Shown piece by piece: positions 26,601 to 38,600 of a stretch of DNA of 64,000 bases. The notes under the pieces were generated by a model, which searched no databases, was not told where the DNA came from, and worked only from the letters and a program-made list of their open reading frames with translations. Each line of letters opens with the position of its first letter. Positions within the stretch are counted from its first letter, which is position 1. The stretch spans positions 18,286,750-18,350,749 of the forward strand of contig CM074524.1 of assembly GCA_037379345.1 (NCBI GenBank), given 5' to 3'. A program made the translations under genes and the position numbers. Source of the DNA: Perna viridis. Lineage: Eukaryota.

Positions 26601-29600
26601 AGTGATTCAGAGGTTAAATGATAGTCATTGTCATTTCAAATAGAGATAGCATTGTTGAATGCCATTACATTGTCAGATCAGTGGGTTTTAGACATGCATG
26701 TTTCTGATTTTTCCCATTTTGCCTGATTTGCCTGACTTAAAACTGTATGTTAATGTAAACTATCTCAAATAAGATGTCACTTTAGTATAATGATTTGTAT
26801 TGTGTCTCATTCACTTTTTCCATATTCTAATTTTATTTAGGAGACGAGGGGGGGGCATTCTTGCCTTTCTAGTTTTATGGTGATTTGACTTGTTTTTTTT
26901 GGGTTTTTTTTTATTGAACTAAGTTGTATTACAGAGTTACAATGATATTCTTAATGAAATCTTGAATTCTTGGGAAATCACAAAAATATGTATCTTATTG
27001 TTCAATAAAAAGGCTTGTAATGCATCTGATGTTCAATAAAAAGCTAGTAATGTAGCTAACTGTTCAATAAAAAAGCTAGTAATGTAGCTGACTGTTCAAT
27101 AAAAAAGCTAGTAATGTAGCTGACTGTTCAATAAAAAAGGTTGTAACATAGCTGACTGTAAATGAAATGAAATAAAATGAACTTAACTAAAAGGGAGATC
27201 ATCCAAAAGATAAGCACTGCCTAATAAACCTAACATTTGATATCATATGCAAATTGTTATCGAAAACTTTTCATTTCAGATTCAGGTATTGAATCAGGAC
27301 ATGATAAGCGTACACCCGAGCCCAACATCAGTACCCCAGTGTTCAACGAGGCATTATTAACATGTATGGACTATGAAAGTAATCCATTACCATTGGATGA
27401 AATGAACAAAAAGATGAGAAAATCGAAGAAAGTGTCTCAATCTAACATTAGCAAAAAGGAAGTTGATAATATTCTGGATAACGCATCACTGAAGACAATG
27501 GATGGATGTTTGAAGATTCTAGCACAACTTAATGTCAGGGAGGTCATGCAGGAATCTGAGTGAGTAAATGGTCTTTTTTCTGTATGAGCAGCAATGTTGG
27601 TAGAACAAAAGTAAACCAATAGCTTAAGAGAGCTTTGTGAAAAGATGTTGAACGAGGTATACCTAGGCTAAGGGGCATATCTCTTACCAATCATCTTAAC
27701 GTTTGTGTAAAGCATTTTACATCAATCTTGTATAAGCATCAAATTAACTTGGATTGATTTTATTCTGTTTCAAATTAATGCTTGATAGGCTTTGGTGAAA
27801 TTGAATATGATGCAAACATATCAATGATTTCATGAGTTATACCCCTAACCCTAGGTCTACCTCCTTAAATGAACATTTTTAGTCTGATACCTCAAAAATG
27901 TACAGTAATTACATACAAATCATCATTATATCACCACTTTGTGTGAAGAGTTGGGAGATTGATCTCTGTTGGAATACATTATCAGTCGTAAATATCACTG
28001 TCAAATTAAAATCTATCCAATGTAAAATTATATTGTCTTAACCAAACCATGAAATTTGGTTCCCACCGAAAAGGAGATTTTCATTGATGTTTATAATGGA
28101 AACCTCATAACCACAAATTCAAAAATCTATGAACTTGTGTTTTTCCCCTTATCTACGAAAATTGGTATCCACAATTTAAATACTTTCACAATATGCCAGA
28201 ATTACCCTTGTTACAATCAATAACCATGCTGGTATAAATATTTATAGCTCAAGTGACAGTGATAGTGAGTCGGAACCAGAGATGAAGCCATCAGAACCAA
28301 AATCAAAGAAAAAGAAACGGAAATCACGGAAACAACGAGATAAAGAACAACAAGATAGGAAGAATGGGTCTGGCAGCTCAGAGAAGAAGTCTGATGAGCC
28401 AAGATCAAAATCATTGACGGTAAGATTTTATGTTTATGAGCTTGACATATATTAAGTTTTAGTATGCCTCTATAGTGGGGGCATTAATGTTTTTGATTTT
28501 GTTTTTGCATGTTGTACTTTGCTAGATTATTTGTAAGCTTTGGTATGTGTTTCCCTTTTCATTGCATGTTGAGTCCTACTTTGTAGTGATTTAATCGGTA
28601 AAGGTTAGATCTAAATACATAGAGTGGTGGGTAGTTTTTAAAAAAATGTTTTATTTCAAATACCAGTACATCGATGTAACAGGAGTGAGAAAATGAAACT
28701 GATTTTTTTCATAGACATACAGTAGTCAACATCTTAAAACACCTGTCTATAGGAACTTCAGAAATGTAATAGAAGCTTAATGTTTTAAATAAAAGATACT
28801 AGAGCCAATTGTCTCCCTTGGATCCCAGAAAGTTATCTCCCTTTGATAATTTAAAATTTAGGAATCTGCAACTCCTAGAATATCAGGATTTGAGAGAGTG
28901 TTTCCAATGGGTCAGGTAGTTTATTTTCTAGATTTAATGGTGAAAGACTTTTACAGAACTGTATTTATTCTTTCAATAACAGATCTTATATGACTGTTTT
29001 CTTCTAATGTTGGGTGTGGAATAATTTTTTTTGGTTAAAGAATTTTTTATCTTTGAAATAGCAATATCAGTTATCATTATGAGTATATCTTTGATTTATA
29101 GAGTGTTATTATTACATGTTTTATAATATATTTCTGAATCTTCCAATAGTTTCCCCCACTTCTATATATACCAGTAATTATGTGGCAGATATCTCTTCAT
29201 TTACTTTATTGTAGTTACCCTTATTTGTCTATTTTAATATTTTTCTATCATTTCTTTACGTATTCTTGACATCAAATATCCAAAAACCTTATAAAATTTG
29301 AAATTTAAAATAAAAGTAAAACTTCTGTCTTTTCTCTCCCCTTTTATACTAACTTGAGTAGATGACGACTTACACCCGTTAGATATATATGCGATAAACA
29401 TACCTATATACATATATAAGCCTATACTCAATAAGTGAACAAATGATGTAATTTTCTGTTTCTGTATTGAATGTAATTTTATTTAAACATTTTTTTTGTT
29501 CTCTATTTATGATACATTTAGTATGATATTACTAACTTTGTTTATTTATTATTTTGCATGCTATCTCACAGGTCCTTAATTCCTCTTCAATACAATTATC

Positions 29601-32600
29601 AGATAAATTAAACTGTGAAGTTACAATTTTGGGGTATCCTTCATTGTGGTTTGTCTAAATGTTAGTACTTTGTGGATTCTTTAATTTTTGGATTAAATAG
29701 GCTAATCATGATTTGACTGAACCAGATCCCAACTACTTAGCCATCTCTGTTACACAAAATATGTAACTGTAGCAACCTGCTGATTAAATACTTCCATCCA
29801 CCTAGTGGCACTAACAATTATAGACAAAAAACCAAGTAATGGTTCTTTTAATTTTGGCAGTGACAGGAATTTTAGACCTGATTATATTTCAAGCATAACT
29901 GACATTGTATTTTTAAAGTGCCATATTTACCACAATTTTTACTTCATTATCTGAAATGAAATTTTGCACTAATTAACTCTTACTTATGTAAAGGAACTTG
30001 AATGTAATGGTATATTTATCTTCTCAAAGATAATCTACAAATTGAGTTACAACAAAACAAAAGAAAATACTGAGTTTTTTTTATTGAATTTTTTTTCCTT
30101 GTGAATATGGCACTTAATGTTATGAGAGGCTGCCACAAGTATATTTTCTTTGCAAAACTGAAATTCCACATGAAAACCAACAACTAAAATACAAATACCA
30201 CATTGTTTTTGTTGTTGTTGTTTTCAAAAACTACTGTAAAAGTGTTAGTTTTCGTTGTGTACTATTTTTCACTATTTTCGCGGTGGACAGAAAAGTATGG
30301 AAAACAGTACCCGCAAAATTGATTTTTAAATTACGAAAATTGATACCGGCAAATATGTATACATGACAGAATCTGCGAAAATTAGCAGCCGCAAAAATTA
30401 ATTTGTTTACAGTATTCAGTTTTGAGAAAAAAAATACTTGATACAGCTTATGCTTTTTTTCTATTTTATTTTGCTTGTATTAATTATTTTTCTGTCTTCT
30501 TTTTATATTCATTTGACCCTTCAACTTGCATGCTGTTCTGGATATTGACCTTTGACCCATTAACCTCAGGCCCTACCTAATATACCTCCATGCTCGGATT
30601 TGAGTGAGAAGGAAAAAGGGGAGAGAGGTCTCCCGAAGCAGGTGAGTTTTTTCATCAATCAACTTTTAAGAAAAGAAATTATATTTTCCCCACCCAAGGG
30701 ACTATACTGCTTTCAATCCCACTTAGGAATATCTCTCAATAGTTAAAATCTTTTCTAACTTTTGGCATGTAGATGGATGTTGGACACTATTTAATAATAA
30801 TTTTTTTATACTTCTTAGAATTTTATGCTGTTAACTTCTAAAAGATTTTAATATTTCCCTCTTTAACATTAATGAAATAAAGTAAGAAGCTTTATTCCAA
30901 TCTTGTCTCAGATTGAAGTGATTCATTTATATTTCTCTAATTCATAGTAACTGTATAAGGTATTAAATTTAAATGACAATCATGAAAAGTCCCATCATGT
31001 GAGACCTGTTTAAACAACAGCATCTTTGAGACTATAAAAATTTTGCCTGATTGGGCAAGTGTTTTGTTTCTTCAGGGTTTAAAATGCTAAAATATAGAAA
31101 TGTATCACCTCATGAAATTTTCAAAATGTCCATTATATATAACATCCACTTCCATTATGTGTCATATACCTTACTTTCATTGTAACCTTACATATGTACT
31201 AGTATATAAATCTGCATGCATGCATTCACATCTGTACCTCATATATAACAATTTAACCTATAATATGCAATGTCGTTTTATACCAAGTAGGCATGTCTTT
31301 TAATTAAGGACATTATTGCAATGTTTTTGTTATTGCAAAAGTTGCAATAACTCTCACTATTTCAATATTTAGTATTGAGCATATGAATTTTTTCTTGAGA
31401 TTGAATAAGTAAAATCTAAAAAAAAGTATTAAACATTGTTTATCAATGAAAAGTATATAGATATTTGTGTAATTAAATATGTAAGCAAACATTCTTTTAC
31501 ATGCATCCAATGAGTAGAAAACACTGGTAAAATCTTGTAGTTCTGGAGTTTTAGATATGTCTTTTCATCAGAAGAAAAGTGTGTCATGTACAAATGTCTG
31601 TAGTTCTGGGACTGAACATAGGCCACATCGACTACCGCCTGGAAATTACATCAAATACAAAAAAGATGATACTTTTGTAACTGAAGTTAAGGAAACAAAG
31701 CAGTTAGCAATGGTTAAACAAAGTCCTGCCACAACTTGTATAAAATTTGGAAGTAATGATACTTCATTCATATCTGGCGCACCTTTAAATCTAACTCTCC
31801 AGTCACGTGCACCCTCTAGGTTTGGTGGCTTTGTGAAATTGGAAAAAATAAGTGCTAGGGATACCCTGAGTGAAATAACAACTAAATGTTGTAAAGAGGA
31901 ACTACAATTAAAAACTACTAAACTTTGTGATTCATTTTCTGATTCAGAAGAACCTAATAAAAAAGCTTTTGAAAGGAAAATTAACAATGTGAAAACTGCA
32001 TCAGTTAGATTTGAGGAAAGTGATGCAATTGAAGATCTGAAACCTAAAACTTTTTCACTAGATTTGAGAATTGATAATATGGTAACTTCTGTATCTCCAA
32101 GGAAATTTAATTCTAAGTCTTGGCTATATGCAAGGAACCAGTTTAGAAATACACAGTTGAAGGGGAATAACTCTGGTTCTTTAAAACCTCCTGAAGATTT
32201 CCATTATCTCACTGCTGAGGGACACAGAAAATTTGTGAACTATTTTTCGCACCAACTTAGATAAATTGTGTTTTATTATGAAATTTTATTTTCACAGAAA
32301 TTTTTATTGAATATTGACAGTAGCTTTTTTTAATTCTAGTCTTGAGTTGACAAATAGACAATTAAACAGTAGTGTAAATGTAAATACATATTTGCAAAAT
32401 GTACATGTATTTGTTTTTTTTCCTTTATTAACTTTCTTTTGTTTTGTTTTTTTTTATTGTTTTAGTTTTTGTTTTGTTTTGTTTTGTTTTGTTAGTTTTT
32501 TTTTTTCATTTTGTTTTGTTTTGTTTTTTTGTTTTTGTTTTTTTTTTTTAGTTGATAAATCATCTATTGATCTCATTATTTTTTCAGTATTTTTCATTTT

Positions 32601-35600
32601 TATTTTCTATGGTAAATGAAGTATATGTATTTTCTCTTGCCTTGACATATTTTGATGATATAATGTTATTTGTGGTGTTGGTTTTGTTGTTTTTATGGTG
32701 TTCCATGATAACTGAGTATAAATGATGTAGCTTTTGTACCTTGTTTATATCTGAGCACTACAAGAGGGCCTAGAACTTAAAGATATCGTTTAAAGTATTG
32801 AACACCAGTAATTTGGTTTATTAACTTTTAGGGTTTTGTTTAAATGTGAAGGTTTTATTTTGAAAGAATGATATAGACTCTTCTTAATTCATTATCTATG
32901 ATATACTACTAAGAGGTTTTTTTAACATCCCTGACCACTCTTAGGAGTCCTGCATGAACAGCTAAATATATGATATCTTTATCTATGATATCTTTTAGCA
33001 GGAATTTATATATACAATTAAGGAGTTGTTAGAAATAACAATATACTAGGCCTTGTAATTTAAAGAAATCAGTGTTATTTAATGCACAAAAAAAATAAGG
33101 TAGCACATTGCACATATATGGCCCTTATTTGTTGCATTTCTTGTAAAATGCAACACAAATTTATCTGATATATATATTTTCAAGATTATTGGATTAAACT
33201 TTATTGCATCAGACTGATACCATTTGTAATGTATATAACAATAAATTACATTTTTTTTTATGTATGACACTTCAGCCTTGCATATTTCCATTTAGAAATG
33301 CAAGTATATTTTGTTTCTTAGCTTAGTTTCTGTGATGAGGTAGATAGAGGGGTTTAGAGGTTTTTTGGAGGAGGCTTTGTAGGAATTTATCACATTTGTG
33401 AGGGGGATTAACTGGTTCAATCGGCTTTAGACTTTAGTGAACTGTAAAACAAGCTTCCAAGCAAAGGAAAATGTATTTTCCATCTATTGAGAGTGAAAGC
33501 AAAAGACAGAGTTGATTTGGAACCAGTCTAATGGCTTTAGTAGAAAACTAAAGAATATTGACATATAATAATAAATTTGTTTGTAGTGTAATATTTTCTA
33601 TTTTAAATTTCCTTACCATAAATTTATTAAAAACAACTACAATATGATTTGTGTAGTAAAAGAGAGACAACTCTTATCATTTTATTGCTAAAAAAGCAAT
33701 AAATGTTTAATATGGTAAGTGTTATATACATGTACTGAGGTTCTTTCAACAAATAGTAATTCTCTAATTAAACTAAGCAAGTTTTTTTCTTAATTTTTTA
33801 GTCCATTTTTAAACATTTGCATTCCAAATATTTGATGAAAATGTAATTACTATTTAATCAATGGAATTAATCAAATGATACTGATATAACCTAAATTAGT
33901 TTCCTTATTTTAGGACTATCGCGGTGATCTTGTTTTAAGACGGGCGAAGGTAAACACAGTTGTCGTTGTTTGCATGTAGTCTGATAATTGTAGATTTTAA
34001 TGACTTTTTTTTCACATGTTGTGGTAGTGAATGCATGTTTATAAAGGAACAGTTCTTATGTTTTATTTTTTCCAATGATTGTAAAATATATTTTGGCTAT
34101 CACACTCTTTAATTATTTGAGTGGATTATACCAAAATTACAACCAAAAATTTTATTTCACCTTAGTGTGCAAAATTAAAAAAGTTATATTTTATAAATAG
34201 TTAAAAATTTAATTTCTGTACAAATATTCATAAAAATGCAGCAAATTGTCAAAAAAGAGACAAAGGTTTAAATGTTTATTCTGAACAGTCAAAGTCTTGG
34301 TAAGAATATTTATAAAATATTATTTGAAAAAAATTGTGTAACAAAAATTTGTTCAATCAAATTTCAGGGTTTTGTCTAGATTTATTGAAAAATAAATAAT
34401 AAAAAAGGTTATTTGAAACCTGAATTTTTTTATCATACACTATGTTCATACTAAACATTGATTCACCTCAATCTCTTCAGTTGTTATTGAGATAACAATG
34501 TACTGAAGATTCTATTGAATTTTTTAAACCATCTTAACCTAAATAAATAATTATTATTCACAAATTCATTTTAATAAATATGATTAAAAACATTATTGAT
34601 AATCTAAATACAAAATATTAACTGATGTTTTTTTTTTTTATACTTTTTAGTTTCTAACAATTTTATTACTAGTCACTGTATAATTATTTTGACATGTTGT
34701 TGGTAATTTGTAAAAACAAAGACAACCTACCTTTTATAGGGATTGAAACATCATCTTGCAAAAGTAGCAAAAAGGCAACCAATGTCTTTGCCCATATGTA
34801 CAGCAAAAAGGCAACCAATGTCTTTGCCCATATGTACAGCAAAAAGGCGACCAATGTCTTTGCCCATATGTACGGCAAAACTCATTTCTTTGGATGACAA
34901 TCATTCAGTAAGACATTTAGGTTGGGGTAATGTTAGATAACTTTTTTTTTATGTCTTTAAATATAGAAGTGTCCTTACACCAACCAATATTTAACTGGTT
35001 TAGGCTGTATATGCTAAACTATCGGTATTTTTTTTCAGTGGTGAAGATCCCTAGTAGCAATTGGACATGGAAACTTTCTATCTTTACTAACTTACCTTTT
35101 AAATGCAGTTTATTTTTTAAGTAAATATATGATAAGATCATTATACCTGCAGTCTGAATCATTGGATGTCAAATCATTCCAAAATATGTGTTGAGTTATG
35201 TGTACTAATGTTACCTTTGTAGTGTTGTGGTGTCTTTTTACTTTTAACACATGTTTATTCCATATCTGTGTAGTGTTCATGTCTATTGATAGTTTGGTAC
35301 AGGTTTACCTAAGAATCATGCAGAGTTTGTTAAGTCCATGTTTTTGTCAAAGTTCGAATTGTGTAATTGCATTCAGTATCCCTCCAAAAGTGATTGGAGA
35401 ATAAATTAAAAAGAATGCTGAGTATGAGGAGAAAACACATTTAGTGGTTTTATAATAACATGTGAAAAAAAGTGACTGGCATTTTTTTTTTTAGAATTAA
35501 CTTAACTGCTTTGATTACTTTCAATACTTTTAAAATCTTAGCTACATCTCATTTACTGGTATTTTTATCATGAATCTGACTATGTAAAAGATAAAAGTTG

Positions 35601-38600
35601 ATACAAAATTTTAACATGAGTGTATATACATATCACATTTTATTTTATATGCTCGATTCTTAGGTGCAGCTGTACTTCAGTTGTCATTATTCATGGTAAT
35701 TGTTTTAAATGAAATGTACAAGTCCACTTTTCACCAGCATTTACAGTGCTTTGATTCACGATAATCACAGTATCCATGTAGAATCATATATGATAATCAC
35801 TACTAATGTATTTGTGTGTAACCGTTCCTTTCACATTCATTCATAGTCAATTTCAAAAATTGAAAAAAAAAAATGTTATTGAGTCAGAATTACTCAATTC
35901 TTTATTTTCATCGTTTAAATGTTGACATCTGATTTCAGACAACAAGTAACTTCGAGAAGTTTATGCGTTCCCAGAAGAAGACTGAACCTCATTTTGTCAG
36001 TAAATATGAAGGTCGTAGAAATGGTGGAATCCCATGTTTTGCTGAAGAGAGGAGCATTGAAAGGGCACAGAAGGTATACTCATAGCAAACAGAACATTAA
36101 ATAAGTTTCAACTATTTACTTACACTGAGCATTACATGTAAGGCTAATGGTAGAAGTTCAGTAAAACTGGAATAGGTATCAGACAGGCCTGCAGAAATGG
36201 GTTAGGGAGAAGAATTCAAAGTGAAAGTAGCCTTTCATTGATTTGAAATTAAAATATGTGATTCAAAATCAAAGAAAAAAAAGATGATGAATTATTTACA
36301 GTATCTAGATCCAGTATGCTGAAATCTTTTTTTTTTTAAATGGACGACTGTTTTCCTATCCTCTGTCACCTCAGCTATCGTCCCTTTTTTCAGCGATTTT
36401 ACAAATGTAAGAAAAATGTGTTGGTATGATGTTCAGCTGTAGGCTGTGCCTAACTGATATTAATGTACTTATAGTGTTAGTTCTTATATGCCCCAATTGT
36501 TTGGTTTAAGATGCTCAGTTTGAGTAAATATTTTGATAAAAATGATTAAGGAGGGGCGGATCAGGGCACTATGAAAAGAAGGAGTGCCAGCCGGGGTTCC
36601 TCAGAAAAAGGGGGGTGCTTGGATATTATTTGCCATTTTTTGTCTATTTTACATCTTTTTGAAGTCTAAATTCCTGGTCAAAATTTCTAGGTCTTCCAGT
36701 CTGAATTACAAGGTTTATCACATGTTCTTTGTCCTTCAATCTTTGACCTCCATCGATTTGATTTATAGAGAATGCAGGACATGAAGAAAAGAACGGAGGA
36801 AGACAAACAGAGAGAAATGGCCTTCTTTGTAAGTAAACGTTTGGTCTTAAAAAAAATAATGAAAATGTAAAACAACCAAATCAGTGAAAAATGCTCAAGT
36901 TAATGGCCAATTTGTATTGTATTTTAATGGCCAATTTGTATTTAGATACTTGATTGTTTATGACGGTGTATTTTTTTACCCATTATTAAAGAAGCCTCTT
37001 GAGCCCCCAAAAAATTTAAAACTGACGTCCAATTCACATTCCATTCCAATTTTTCTTTTCAAAAAGACTTCTGGAGTATTTCTTTTTCCTGTTTCGTTCC
37101 ACAACTAAAATGATTGTCTTATCATGAATATTTTTTCCTAGTCATATGACCAAATGATGGAGTTTATAAATAGAGAGAGGATTCCCCCACCTCTATTTGA
37201 GAAAAGAGTAGGTTATAAATAAATGAATTGGATTTTCCTAACAATATGGTGTAGGGATCATATAAAATTGAAATATAATGTCATCACATAACACAGAACT
37301 CTACATATTAAGTTTTGTAACAAGTTTGAATGAGTTACAAAGAGTTTATCTAAAATTATAATTATGTAGTATAGAGGGTTTCATTGTAACACCATTCAAT
37401 ATTTACAGTGCATGCAATGATATCTTCATTGTTGGTCATTACTTGTTCAAATTACAATTACTGGATTACCATCCCTAGATAGTTAACTGGTTATTTAAAC
37501 TTTCTACCATGCAAAAGATACCATATTCTTTCTTGTATACCACACACATTTTTCCAACTTTTTCTTTGTTCCAGGCTTGGGGTTTTGGGTATACGCCAAA
37601 ACAATGAGTTTCTAGATTTTTTTTCTGGAGTATTTAAATCTGTAATATAAAGTTGAAATCTCCTTATCAATTGTCCAGTTAACTATCTAAGACAGTTCAT
37701 CAGGTGATTGTCAGCCAATCAAGGGAAGACCAAATCTGTCTACTGAACATCATTATTGTTTGTGCTGTAATAGGGAAGTTTTCATCCAATTTACACGTCT
37801 TAATTTGCTCATTAGTGCATGCATGTATAATAGTAAAAACAGAACAAATTAGTTTCTCAATTTATCTTTTATTTTTATTAGTAATTAGTACATAAATAGC
37901 TTTAGAAAGGATTTTATTCGCGAGTTTATAAAAGGGAGATAACCACTTTATAGTCATAGTATTCTTTTTTTTATTACTGCTCCTCTTTGTCAGAGCAATT
38001 TATTTCTGCCAATAGATTGTAGTCAGTTACTGTTTGAAATGTATAATCAAGAGTCAAATTAGAATTACATTAGAACTTAGCTGTTTGCAGTGCTATAAAT
38101 GAAAACATAATTGTTATAAATAAATACAGTATATATAATTTTATAATTGACTTTTTTGCAATTCAATTTTTATATTTATTAAGACTATCAATGGTCAAAT
38201 TATACAGGAAAGTTTTTGTTAAGATATTTTTTGTTAATTTTTCTAGACCCCTGAACCCCGAATACAGGTAAAAAGTGTTTTTTTGTATTGTGCTAATATA
38301 GGCATTAATGTTGTGTCTTTGTGATGTGTCCCATATATAATGTTAAATAAGAGTTATAGCATTAAAGGTATGTAGGTTTTGGGTAAATGGCATTTACTAA
38401 TCGTCATGGAAAATGCCCTAATTACCAATAGGCTAAAAATGGATGGAAGACTTATGTCCCACCCAAAAAATACAAATAACAATACTGAATGTCTGTCTGT
38501 CTATAACACCCTTGTTAGCACTCTTTCAAGGATATTGACCTAACTTATTTCATATTTATTCTCTATAAAATTTTTGAAACATATTCATTTATAATATAAT

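Noticed and set aside
31646-31987. 113-aa minus-strand ORF
   Set aside because: Antisense shadow of the alternative terminal exon.
32314-32619. 101-aa Phe-rich membrane-like ORF
   Set aside because: Translation of a T-rich low-complexity tract in UTR/intron sequence.
34684-34940. Repetitive ORFs on both strands
   Set aside because: Products of the 36-bp tandem repeat.
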